A stretch of 58,628 nt of DNA, counting the filler, from Squatina squatina (taxonomy: Eukaryota), in NCBI GenBank assembly GCA_031763465.1. It is 3 parts of 3 records of this genome, joined end to end, with 100 filler letters (N's around TTAATTAATTAA, not from the genome) between each part and the next. Parts side by side here need not be neighbours in the genome. Positions count along the whole stretch, not along the records: positions 21,057 to 45,566 come from JARFOE010000001.1; 2 more parts are not named here. The stretch is one strand, 5' to 3'. Positions 22,807 to 34,460 of the stretch are shown piece after piece. Below the pieces are notes generated by a model. The model saw nothing but the letters and a program-made list of their open reading frames with translations, was not told the DNA's origin and ran no database searches. Within the stretch, counting starts at the first letter, position 1, and every line of letters starts with the position of its first letter. The position numbers were made by a program, and so were the translations under genes.

Positions 22807-23260
22807 ACGCCGAGAGCCTGCGCCATTGGCAGGAGCTGGCGGTGTCGCCCTTCGCCCTCCCGAGCCCCTACCCTACCCTGGAGGAAGAGCTACTGCTCAG
22901 CGCCAACCTCAGCAACTCCACCGACTGCGGCGAGGAGATCCTGCTGTACGGCGAGGTGGAGAAAGTGATCATCGGAATCGTGCTCTCCATTATCACCCTG
23001 TGGACCATGGCCGGCAACTCCATGGTCATCATCTCGGTGTGCGTTGTCAAGAAGCTCCGGCAGCCCTCCAACTATCTGGTGGTGTCCCTGGCCGCCGCCG
23101 ACCTCTCGGTGGCCGTGGCCGTCATGCCCTTCGTGATCATCACCGATCTGGTGGGGGGAGAGTGGCTTTTTGGCAAAGTTTTCTGCAATGTCTTCATCGC
23201 CATGGATGTAATGTGCTGCACGGCTTCCATCATGACCTTGTGTGTGATCAGCGTGGATAG
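22807..23260 (+). CDS. 5-HT7-type serotonin receptor, first coding exon (N-terminus to TM3; start codon lies in the gap)
   Basis: Encodes CGEEILLYGEVEKVIIG...VKKLRQPSNYLVVSLAAADLSVAVAVMPF...FCNVFIAMDVMCCTASIMTLCVISVDR|gtgagt. The intron falls inside the DRY motif, as in HTR7. Confidence 0.92.
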
Positions 23261-23479
23261 GTGAGTTTCTCTCTCTTATTGTGTCTCCTATCAATAACAC
23301 ACACACACACACACATATATTATATATATGACAACATCACTCTGAGTCTGGACTTAAAGCAAACGCCCTCCCCTCCACTNNNNNNNNNNNNNNNNNNNNN
23401 NNNNNNNNNNNNNNNNNNNNNNNNNNNNNNNNNNNNNNNNNNNNNNNNNNNNNNNNNNNNNNNNNNNNNNNNNNNNNNN

Positions 23480-23590
23480 CATCTTGTAGATGGTACTCAC
23501 TGCAGCCACGGTGCGCCGGTGGTGGAGGGAGTGAATGTTTAAGGTGGTGCATGGGGTGCCAATCAAGTGAGCTGCTTTGTCCTGGATGCA
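23480..23590 (-). mobile_element. Non-LTR retrotransposon C-terminal fragment (RTE-X/CR1-like)
   Basis: Encodes LIGTPCTTLNIHSLHHRRTVAAVSTIYKM. Confidence 0.55.
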
Positions 23591-23781
23591 GAGTGGTGTA
23601 GCTAAATGAAGTTTGAGACTCAGAGCCTGTTATTTTAATCACACTGCATTGTTTAATTGAAGAATAATGTGCCTGAAGCTTAGATTCAGAATGTGAAATA
23701 AGCAGCATCTTCTGTTTTACATTATCATGTATAAAGAGCAATTAGAGTTGATAAATGTATTTCTCTGATTGTGTGTTTCAG

Positions 23782-24094
23782 ATACTTGGGAATAACACGT
23801 CCTCTGACATACCCGGTGAGACAAAACGGAAGATCAATGGCCAAAATGGTGATCACCGTTTGGCTTCTTTCAGCATCCATAACCCTCCCGCCATTGTTTG
23901 GTTGGGCCAAAAATGTTACGGTGGACAGGATGTGTCTCATCAGTCAAGACTTTGGCTACACTGTCTACTCTACAGGGGTGGCCTTTTACATCCCCATGAC
24001 TGTCATGCTGATTATGTATTACAGGATCTTGACTTGTTTAGACAGCTTCTATCAAATGCACACATTGCAGTCAGCATCACTTCAGACACACTGA
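23782..24094 (+). CDS. 5-HT7-type receptor second exon (TM4-TM5); homology ends at about 24028, stop at 24092-24094
   Basis: Starts after tttcAG. Encodes YLGITRPLTYPVRQNGRSMAKMV..VWLLSASITLPPLFGWAKNV...CLISQDFGYTVYSTGVAFYIPMTVMLIMYYRI, then 21 unrelated residues. Confidence 0.85.
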
Positions 24095-24613
24095 TGTTGC
24101 TACAGTGTTGGCTGCCTTACAAATTTCAATCTTGATAAATGTAAAACTAGTTTACTCAGATTTTACAGGCTTGGATGAGAATAACTATAGTAAAGCATGG
24201 GAGTCAAATGTGATGCACCAATTAGCCTTGAGAATATTGCTAATTATTTACAACCACAGTAAATATTTAACTTTCTATTTGAATAAAAACTTCAGCAAAT
24301 CCTTACACCACAGCTATTTACTCATTCCATCAGTGATTATCCCAAAGCATAAACTACTCAATAGTTATGTTACTGGATTAATAATGATTTGGAGATTTGA
24401 GTTCAATTTCCACCGAGGCAGCTGAGGAATTTAAATTTATTTAATTAAATAAGTCTGGAATTAAAAAGCTAGGGGCTGAAATTCATTTNNNNNNNNNNNN
24501 NNNNNNNNNNNNNNNNNNNNNNNNNNNNNNNNNNNNNNNNNNNNNNNNNNNNNNNNNNNNNNNNNNNNNNNNNNNNNNNNNNNNNNNNGGCAGGACTTGA
24601 GGTCGGGAACAAA

Positions 24614-26219
24614 ATGATGGAGGATAAGATATCCTCATATGTGTGTAGCAAGGCAGATGTTTCTGAGCCATGGGTACAAGAAATGATACACTCTGTCAAT
24701 CCGTGGGAAAAAGCGATAGAGTGGACAGTTAGTAGTAACCATCGGGAATCGAGAGAAAAAGCAATTTGGCTAATATGTTTGCAAAAACAAAAGCAGATTC
24801 TCATGAAGAGAGTAAAACAATTAGAAGAAGAAAAAGAGGAGTTAGAAAGTAAAGCAAGTGCTGGGGAAGCAGTACGAGATTGGTTGATGAAGGATTTAAC
24901 TGATGAAAGACAGGAAAGGAAAATGAAGGAAGCAACGGCACGAAATACGATGTATTTACAATGCCAGGTTACTGAGTGTAGGAGACAGTATCAGACTCGT
25001 TACGAGGAAAGCATAAGGAACCTAGAGCGAGCCGAAGAGGCAGAGGAACGATTGAAAGATATGAAGATGGCATGTAGAGTAGCCCGAAAACAGGGGTACG
25101 AAGGGGCTGATCAGGTGCCATGTAAGGAAAGAATTCGTAAACTGACCTTCACACTATCCGGGGCTAGAGGTATGGTTTGTCTCATGGAGCCGGGAGAAGT
25201 TGGGGAAGACTGGTGTGAGAGGGGAATGAACCTGATGATGGGCCCTAGTATAGTGAATGTCAGTAGGCTCCCAAGGCTCCGGGACCACCGAGGCCAATGT
25301 GGCCCCTACGACAGCAAAAGTTCAGTCCACTGCTAACGGATGGTGGCCCGGCGCCATTGCAGAGTGACTATGTGCTCCCATGTATGCCCTTCCAGTTACA
25401 GGAAATGCTGGCTAACGTGGTGAAATTGAAATATGGAGGAGACGCCTCTGCCTATTTTGCCAATGTAGAACAGATAGGTGGTATCAATAATTGCAACGAT
25501 GACCAGATGAAGAAACGATTACTGTTCTCCTTAGATGGGAAGCTGTATCAGAGTTTGTCGGCCACCATTAAATTGGGAGGCGGTACTAGAAACGGTTTGA
25601 CGGAAGAAATTTTAGCAGCACCAGGATATAATCAAGGTAGTCCTTTCTTACAGGTTGAGCAGACTAGGCAGCAAGCAGGCGAGTCACCAGACACATTTGC
25701 GGATAGACGGTGGCCAGTATATCTGAGAGCAACTGGAGGAAATCTAGCAAGCGCAGACTTAAGAGGGGCTCCCAGAAATCATTGTTTAAGTACCATAGTG
25801 TTCAACACCTTGCCGTGGATCAGGGCAAGGGTCGAGTCATGGTTTGACAATAATAATTCTGAGGCGGGCATGCTGAGAAAGCTAACATTATCCTTCAAAT
25901 CAGACAAAGGGGAATAATATAAGCAAAAGGGGAAGGTGCATGAAGTAAGAAGGAATGGAGGCACGAGCAGGGTAATGCGAGTAGATCCCAAGCGTATTTC
26001 AATTGTGGGAAAATGAGACACTGGAGTAAGGAGTGTAGGTTCCCGAAAGAGGGGAAACCAGGACATGAGGGATCAAAACCACGGGTGGTAGAGATAAGAC
26101 AAGAGAAGGTAGAAGACCCTCTTAGTGAAACTTAGTGGCCGCATGACAGCAGAGATCAGGGGAAACTGGACGCTGCCGTGAGTGACGGAGGACCCGGCGT
26201 GTCCGCACCCCCACGGTGA
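24614..26219 (+). mobile_element. Endogenous retrovirus-like gag, frameshifted (coiled coil, capsid, zinc knuckle)
   Basis: ORF 24614-25336 is a charged coiled coil. ORF 25297-25917 has the MHR-like QQAGESPDTFADR. The knuckle YFNCGKMRHWSKEC lies at 25995-26036. Confidence 0.75.
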
Positions 26220-27215
26220 CGGGGCCGTGCCTAGCCCAAATACCTGTGTCCCCTCACCTATGATGAGTGGGGCAGACCGTGTGTAGATATTAAAGTAGAG
26301 ACCACTTGGGAAAGTATCTAGTGGACACTGAAGCCTCTAGTACAGTGGTCCACTCACCAAATCTGACCACTTCCCCATGGTCGAGTGGAGTCCCATTTAA
26401 ATTGACAGGTTTTACAGGTAATGAACAGGCTGGGGCGGTATCGCTACCCTTGACTGTAAAGTTAGGACCCGTTGTCACCAAGTGGGAATGTGTTCTGATG
26501 AAGTGGGAACAACCCGGTTCAGGGGTTCTTGGAGCCGATTATATGTTAGCTCACCGTGTGGTAGTAAATATGAAAAACAACTGTCTATGGGGGGGGCAGT
26601 TGATTCAGATAAACTAGAGGAAATTTTAGTTATTCCCAAAGATGAAAAAGTTAAAGGCAGTGCCTGTACGATGAAGCTAAAGGGAAGTTGTGACATAGAA
26701 CAGTTGATTAATAGTGTCCGGGCAAAGTACCAAGTGAGTGTACGGGGTAACATTGCCGTGTTTGCTACCCACAGGCATGATTGTGGAAGGGTGACGGGGG
26801 TAGAGGTGAAGGTAGATGGGGGTCCTAATGTCGCGGCCTCAGAAACAGTACAATTTTCCCCAAGAAGCATAAAGGGATTTGGAAACTGCGATAAACTCCT
26901 TGGTGGATCAAGGTGAATTGAGACCAATAGCCCTTTTGTGAATTCACCCCTTTGGCCAGTTAAGAAACCCGATCAGTCATGGAGAGCCATGATAAACTAC
27001 CAGGCTCTGAATAAAAATATTCTAGCCTGCACGTCCACTGTAGCGGCAGCAGCAGATCTGATAGGAAGTATCTCCGTGTCGGCAACGACATTCACCGTAC
27101 TCGATATATCAAATGGGTTTTGGTCGATCCCCATGAGGCAGGAAGACCAGTATAAGTTCGCTTTTACATTCAAAGGACAACAATATACGTGGACGTGTCT
27201 TCCACAAGGGTTTAG
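26220..27215 (+). mobile_element. Endogenous retrovirus-like pro-pol (aspartic protease plus N-terminal half of RT), decayed
   Basis: Motifs GRPCVDIKVE, YLVDTEAS (DTGA-like), VLGAD, VFATHRHDCG, PQKQYNFPQEA, NSPLWPVKKPDQSWR, LDISNGFWSIP and YKFAFTFKGQQYTWTCLPQGF. Confidence 0.9.
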
Positions 27216-27342
27216 AAACATAGAAACATAGAAAAATAGGTGCAGGAGTAGGCCATTCGGCCCTCCGAGCCTGCACCGCCATTCAATATGATCATGGCTG
27301 ATCAGTACCCCGTACCTGCTTTCTCACCGTACCCCCTGATCC
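27213..27342 (-). mobile_element. CR1-type 3' tail inserted antisense into the RT gene
   Basis: (TAGAAACA)n-AATAGGTGCAGGAGTAGGCCATTCGGCCC. The same tail occurs at about 16065, 31680 and 51738. Confidence 0.8.
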
Positions 27343-28149
27343 NNNNNNNNNNNNNNNNNNNNNNNNNNNNNNNNNNNNNNNNNNNNNNNNNNNNNNNNNN
27401 NNNNNNNNNNNNNNNNNNNNNNNNNNNNNNNNNNNNNNNNNNCAACTAAACATATATTTTTCCCCCAAAATGCTTCAAGTATTGAGTGCTGATGACATTA
27501 CTGGCGCAGTAACTAAGGAAATATTTGCAGGGCTGTGGGGAAAGAGCTGGGGGATTAGGACTAATTGGACAGCTCTTCAAAGAGGCGGAAAAGGCACGAC
27601 GGGCCGATGGTCTCTTTCTGTACCATGTGGTTCTATGATTAAGTGGCTGAGCATAGTTAGTTACCCTGTCAATATTATGGAGCTGAATTAACATAAGCAG
27701 AAATAGTCATTAACCCAATAGGGCTTCAGAGATTGTGACATTCAGCTGTACCTATTCATTCAGCCCCCTCACATTGTTGGATTTGGTGACTCCTCCCAGT
27801 CAGTTCTGCCAACTGATTCAATGATTATAATGATTAGGCTTCATGCTTGGGTGATACTCAGGTTTATCCATGTGAATTGATACGTATGGCCCTGCTCAAA
27901 GCTGAATATAATCAACATAGAGTTGCTGGGAAGTCTTAAGACTGGAATCAGTATAGTCTGAATGAACGGTTATACAATTAAGACCACAGGTTTTTCAAAT
28001 CTATTTCTTCATAATCAGCAGGTAGCTTAGTTGGCTGAGTGCTTGACTGAGGCCGAATAGACACTAGAATTGAATAGACACTCAGGATGAAGTCAGAGTT
28101 TTAAAACAGTTAAATTCAACTCAACATATTTTTTCCCTAAAAAAAACTT

Positions 28150-29200
28150 TAAGGGCACCCAATCGGCACTAAATGGGTGCAGAACGGGCGTTGGGGGTCG
28201 AACGCCCGTTTTTGGTGCTAAATTGAAATTTGCGCAATTTAGGCCTCAGTTTAGCACCGGCACTAAACGAGTGCTAACTCAGGAGCGCTAGAAACGTGGT
28301 GCTAGGCGCTAAATGGCCTCCGTCACGTCATCAGAGGGCACACCGCCCAAAATGGCCGCCCGACAAAAAATTGCACTCAATTCTTTGGGCGCTAAACGGG
28401 CGGCGACACCGCCTGGTTTTTTGGGGAGGTACCACCCGTGCTGACATTTCTATTAGAGCGCAAAATCATAGAGAACCATTCCAAACCATTTTTGCTGCAT
28501 AAATCCCCATCTAGAGAGCATAAAAAACGTTTAAATTGGTGTGCGCGACTTTGAACGGCCATTTCTATGAGTCGCGGTGATTTTGGATGGCCTCTTGAAA
28601 AGTGCAAAAATCGGACTATTCGTCCAAGAGAGCCATCAATAATGGTGAAGTGGGGATGGACGTGCAGGGTTGGCTTCCTTTTGCCCTGAGTCCACAGGAA
28701 GAGGAGGTGTTAGACCTCATAGGCAAATGTGCAGGTGGCCTTGCAGGAGAGAGTGAGGTTGGAGGTGAGCTGGCAAGAAAAGGTTGTTAAAGGCTGGGCA
28801 TCATCTGTAGTTTGAGCTTCATGTGCTTTCTCAGATTGTTGCAATGCCTTTCCACTCACCTGCTATTTGTTCAAAAGCAAATGTCTGTGTGCACAGCTGA
28901 ACAAGCTATTCTGTCTTTCACACAAGGAGTACTTTGAAGTAAGAGGCCAAGCACCCCGATAACTGCCCGGGTGCTTCCGGATCCATAGCTGCTGCCATGC
29001 CCTAGTCAACTCTCCTGGGATTTTATATGAGCAGGATCCAGCTCTTGAGACATATACTTGTTAGACAATCAGAATAATTTTCACCGGGATGTCACTGAGC
29101 GCAAGTGAAGATGAGAACCCAAGGATAGAAGAAAGGGATGGTGCTATTCTTTCATGGAGGACGAGAAATTACCACCCTCAGCTGAGGATCCTTGGCACCC
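28150..29200 (+). mobile_element. Harbinger-like element with a possible Myb/SANT accessory-gene remnant
   Basis: A GC-rich subterminal region rich in GCGCTAAA/TTTAGCAC motifs is followed by LSPQEEEVLDLIG, which resembles the L(T/S)PxEE motif downstream of Myb/SANT domains. Confidence 0.45.
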
Positions 29201-30121
29201 AGATCTCTGGGGCTTAGTCTTCAAAAGACCAATGATTTGAGAGCGTTGATCTCAAGTGCAGGCAATGTAGAAGGTTTATCAGCATATTAAAACATAGAAA
29301 CATAGAAAATACAGCACATAACAGGCCCTTCGGCCCACGATGTTGTGCCGAACCTTTGTCCCAGATNNNNNNNNNNNNNNNNNNNNNNNNNNNNNNNNNN
29401 NNNNNNNNNNNNNNNNNNNNNNNNNNNNNNNNNNNNNNNNNNNNNNNNNNNNNNNNNNNNNNNNNNGTAACAATAAAGCACACAAATTCATATAAGTATT
29501 TAACATTAAGTCCATGGCACTAACCTAGGCAGCACAAAACAAAGCAGTATGCCCTACTGACAAAAACTTGTTTATAATTTACATAAAACACATTGCTTGT
29601 GAGTTGGTTGCAGTATTCAGTCCATAAAACAAAAAAAAAGGCAAAAGACAAAAATAATTTATGTGTGTACACTATTTCTTAAGAGCTGGTCGCAGCACTC
29701 GTAGTTTAAGAACTAATTTAAAGAGTTACTTGAAAATCTAATAGGAGGTGCATAGCTGTGGAATAAACTTAAAATTGATACTATTTGACCTGAAGAGACA
29801 AATCTTCAAAAATCTTGATGACAAGTTGTTAACATATACAAAATATAGAAATGTTGGTAATGTACTTATCCATAGTTTCTAAATTGAATTGCACTTTGAT
29901 GATGGCCAACAACATCCTCTGGAGTGAGAAGTATTAAAACACCCCCTGTTCTTACAATATCCCAAACTAAAAGTACATTGCAATAAATATACAGTATCTT
30001 ATTTTTTTCCATGTGCTCTCAGTCGATGATTTTAATGCTGCTGTAGCAGATAGGTACAATGTGTACAAGCTCAGCATGTTCACACATAACTGCTCTGGAG
30101 ACTTCAGGTTTCATAACACAG

Positions 30122-30281
30122 GAAGGTTTTCAACAGACTCAACTTCTACATCCCCGATGACGTGGTTCGTAAGGTCGCCCAGTGTTCGCCTGGAGTCGCG
30201 GAGCTGGTGCTGAGCACGTTACGGCTAAAGATTGAAGAGAAACTAAAACAGAAACAGAACAAGGCGGCTTCATCACCACAG
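30122..30281 (+). CDS. SPEF1: Sperm flagellar protein 1, exon at the end of the CH domain
   Basis: Bounded by acacAG and GTacgg; 160 nt. Encodes RKVFNRLNFYIPDDVVRKVAQCSPGVAELVLSTLRLKIEEK, similar to human RKVLKRLNFSVPDDVMRKIAQCAPGVVELVL. Confidence 0.9.
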
Positions 30282-30590
30282 GTACGGAGAAATGACAGAA
30301 AGTTTAGGCGTTTTGTCCCAAACAACTTTAGGGATTTGTGTTTTTTTTGTTGGAGATGCAGAGCTAGCTCATCCTATGGCATCAGTGGAAAGGCATTGTT
30401 GGCACTGCAGTCCTACTATCATTTTGAGCTCTTCACCGTGCTTTGAATGATGGTTTACCTCCACATTCATATTTTTAGGAACAGGTACAANNNNNNNNNN
30501 NNNNNNNNNNNNNNNNNNNNNNNNNNNNNNNNNNNNNNNNNNNNNNNNNNNNNNNNNNNNNNNNNNNNNNNNNNNNNNNNNNNNNNNNNN

Positions 30591-30756
30591 ACCACGAATA
30601 GGTCAGTTCACTATGGGCCCTTTAGCGCTAAAGTTTGCACATGTTTGAACGCTCAAATTGTAAAGGGGCTTCACTGTAAATTTTCAAAGCGTCCAGTTTC
30701 CAGCGCTAAATTCAGCACTTAGCGCTAGAAACTTTAAAAACCCGAATTGGCCGCCC
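30591..30756. mobile_element. DNA transposon right end; TIR matches 19941-19980
   Basis: CTTAGCGCTAGAAACTTTAAAAACCCGAATTGGCCGCC is the near-exact reverse complement of 19943-19980. Confidence 0.75.
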
Positions 30757-30769
30757 AAAGTGTCTTTAA

Positions 30770-31220
30770 TGGAGTAAAACATCCCAAGGTGCTTCGCAGC
30801 AGCGTTATTAAACAAAATTTGACACCGAGCCACATAAGGAGATATTAGCGCAGGTCGCCAAAATCTTGGTCAAAGAGATAGGTTTTAAAGAGCATCTTAA
30901 AAGAGGAGAGAAAAATATAGAGGCAGAGCGGTTCAGGCAGGGAATTCCAGAGCTTAGGGCCTGGGCAACAGAAGGCACGGCCACCAATGGTGAAGTGATT
31001 AAAATCGGGGATGCGCAAGAATTGGAGGAGCGCACAGACCTCTGAAGGTTGTGGGGCTGGAGGAGGTTACAGAGGTAGGGAGGGGCGAGGCCATGGAGGG
31101 ATTTGAACACGAGGATGAGAACTTTAAAATCGAAGCGTGTTGCCAATGTCGGTCAGTGAGCACAGGCACGATGGGTGAACATCATTTGGCGTGAGTTAGG
31201 ACACACGCAGCAGAGTTGTG
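30770..31220 (-). mobile_element. L2 LINE 3' end
   Basis: Encodes RFDFKVLILVFKSLHGLAPPYLCNLL, followed by the L2 3' UTR. Confidence 0.85.
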
Positions 31221-31789
31221 AGGCAGCATTTTAACACACGAGAAATGCTTCTGTTTGTATTTACTTGCAGTCCTGTGCGAAGGTTCGCTTTTCCCTGCAA
31301 CAATCAGCGTCCTGGTAAACTACAGTCACATGCTTTGCTGGAGGCCAGCTGGTCCTTCACTTTATGAATGGAATTTTTCTGGTGGGAAGGTAGTTACAGT
31401 AAAGTGCATTACTGAACTTTACCAAAAGTAGCATTTCTTTTTGACATTTATTCTTGAACTAAATACCTAGAATTGCATTAGTCACTTGTTTTTTAAGAGG
31501 TGTCATAATAGAAACTGAAATAAATTTTCTGGTCAGCAATAACTAATGCAAAAAGGAAGTTGTGCTTCTTTGTAAAATGCAAATTTTTCTAAATCTATGT
31601 TTTTTTGTAAGCAGTCATGTCATCACTGCTTAAGAACTAGTATTTCCCGCCCCCCCCCAAGCTAGAAGCAGTAAGAACAGAGAACAGAGGAGCAGTAGGC
31701 CATTCTGCCCTTCGAACCTGCTCTGCCATCCAATATGATCAGGGCTGAGTGTCACTTCTATTTCTTATGTTCTTGTACAAGGGGAAGCA

Positions 31790-32285
31790 AACATAAAAAA
31801 AGAGTCTAGAAAGGTTGAGAGGAGGTATGAACAGGGGAAGACTGGCTTTATCGAAAGAGCATGGAATTCTTCTGCATTACCATGGAAAAAGGCAGGCACC
31901 GATATTAAACCATTGAAGGGGCACTTCGACATGTCCAGTGTGCCACTGGGAACGATGAAAGACCGGCAGGCGACATAAAGATAAAAGGAGAAATACTGAA
32001 AGACTTTATAAACAAGCAAAATACAAAAGAATAGTTAATAGGAAGAGCAGGGTTGAATTAGAGATGGGAAAAGCAAATCTTATGGAAGGGCGGAGATGCT
32101 TTGCCTCGATTTCCGCAGATAGTGGGAATGAAAACGCATAGGAAGAGGCAGTAGAGCAGTTCGACAGGATGACCATGGATGAGGAAGTAGCACTGAAAAA
32201 AACTGGAGGAACTCAAAGCAGAAAAGCCTGTGAGTCGTAACAGTATCCATCCTAGAACAGGATCATTGAGGAAATAGTAGAAACC
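31790..32285 (+). mobile_element. Old CR1 ORF2 internal fragment
   Basis: Degenerate region upstream of the RT (KKLEELKAEK..., IHPR) with many disruptions. Confidence 0.5.
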
Positions 32286-32585
32286 NNNNNNNNNNNNNNN
32301 NNNNNNNNNNNNNNNNNNNNNNNNNNNNNNNNNNNNNNNNNNNNNNNNNNNNNNNNNNNNNNNNNNNNNNNNNNNNNNNNNNNNNAACACAAGTTACAGT
32401 TGTTTTTGAGTTACTTTCCTTTTATCTCCTAAGAAAATACAAGACAGATCTTGTGATTTAAAAAATCATTATTCCAGATATATGAATTTCATGAGAAGGT
32501 GACATGTCTGCAGTACAACTGACTCTCCCCATATCCCCAGGCACTGTAACTCAATAGGGCTGGAACCATTTCCTAACGGTCTTAC

Positions 32586-32776
32586 ATTTCGGGATGAATC
32601 TCAGAGACGACGCTGATGCAGTTGTCTTGAAAGATAGTGAACTCGTGATACAGGACCCAGGAAGGAGGCAGAGGCCGAGGCTTCTTGGTGAGGTAACACG
32701 ATAACGGATGGAGGTGAGCCACGTGCTTATGATTCAGCATCAGATAATTCCCAGAGCCATCCACGTCTCTTGCGAC
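32586..32776 (-). CDS. DQX1: DQX1 (DHX32-family DEAH-like helicase), OB-fold exon
   Basis: Bounded by ttctAG and GTaag; 191 nt. Encodes [64 protein letters not shown]. The C-terminal half is closer to DQX1 ([23 protein letters not shown]) than to DHX32. Confidence 0.75.
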
Positions 32777-34460
32777 CTAGAAAGCAGGTTTGGTTTTTGT
32801 TGGAGGGAAAGGGGCAACAGGAGGAAGGGAGCAGAGAGGAAAGACAAAATAAAAATAGCGTAATTAATCAGTTAAAATAAATGTCCTTTTTTAATTTACC
32901 ATGGAATTAAACTGAGCTNNNNNNNNNNNNNNNNNNNNNNNNNNNNNNNNNNNNNNNNNNNNNNNNNNNNNNNNNNNNNNNNNNNNNNNNNNNNNNNNNN
33001 NNNNNNNNNNNNNNNNNNATCCCTTGTCCCATTCTAACTGCCTGAGTGTGGGGTTATTTCTTACAAATTGATACTGACTATCATCAGTCGAATAAGACAG
33101 AGACCCTGGCCCTACTTGATATCTACTGATTGTTTGTAGCAGTGGTCAGAACCTGAGTGCAGCACTTAATAGTTTTGGAAACCTCCAAGTGAGCCACACA
33201 AAATTCTATTTGAATGTTCTTCTGAAACACTCACCCTCGTATTGTTCAATAGCATGCTTGTGGTCAGTGAGCAGCAGAAATATCCCCCCACCCCCACCCA
33301 CTAACCCCCGCCAACCGCAAACCCACAGTAAGGGTCTTTTGCCTGCAGTTGTCTCTTATTTTCCTTGTGCTAATGGGACTCAATACTGTCCATTTTATGT
33401 GGCCACTGCTCTGTTTTGTATTTTTCTTTCAGGTTCTTCCCTTAGCTTTCCATAATTAGGCTGCAGTGCTCTGCAGTATTCATTATTTTCATCTGATGCT
33501 CCAGCATGATTTTAGGGTTACCTTGATAATTACCACGGAAATGTTTGCAGCCTTGGCTGCTTGTTGCAAATTGTTGACTGTTTGATGGTTTTTCTGTTGG
33601 GATTTATAAGATGGTTCCATATGATTGGTTTCTCACTGTCTGTAGTTATTACTGTTTATTTCAGTAAAAATAACTTACAAATCAGCAGTTTTAAAAATTC
33701 ACTTAAAAAAAGGTTCATGTGCATGCTAAACTGACCTGAGAATAGTTTCTGTTGTGCAGCAGTCTTCGTAAGGAACACAGTACCCAATCTCATGGCCCAC
33801 ATTTAAGTCCAGTTCATCTGCCACACATTGTGCCAAGCACATGGCAGACAGGCTGTGGGGTTGTGTGCAGACCACCATGCCATATTGATACTGAACCGAG
33901 AGGGCATACTCAGCACACCATTGGGAAATCTAATGAGGGGAAACAACAACAATACAAGGCAGATATTAACTTTTAATTTTGTAAATCATACGAACACCTT
34001 TTACTGCTTGCTCGGTCTCAATAATACATCTTAGGACAACTTGCAGTAAAATTAACATTTTTTCTGGAAACTGCTGGAGATAATAAGAAATTCTTACTTG
34101 ATTAAGTAACAATTAGCGTCAGAGCAGTGATTGATTGACTGCAACTTCAGGATTTCCGCATTACAGCGTGCGCGCGCTACATTGTGGTGAAGTTGCGGTC
34201 AGTTTCAAAGGGGTCTTATTGCCCACCGCAAATTCCGGGCCAAAATTAATCTTCTTTTGTGACCATAATGCCAAGAGATGTTAGTGCTGGGTGAGGTGAA
34301 TCAAATTATCTCTCACTTTTCGATTTCTCATATTTCAGNNNNNNNNNNNNNNNNNNNNNNNNNNNNNNNNNNNNNNNNNNNNNNNNNNNNNNNNNNNNNN
34401 NNNNNNNNNNNNNNNNNNNNNNNNNNNNNNNNNNNNNNCCCCGACCAGTATAGCACTGAC

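Noticed and set aside
22206-23264. 352-aa ORF that looks like an SLC4A11-GPCR fusion
   Set aside because: It reads through intron sequence and a 100-N gap. The two parts are separate exons with their own splice sites.
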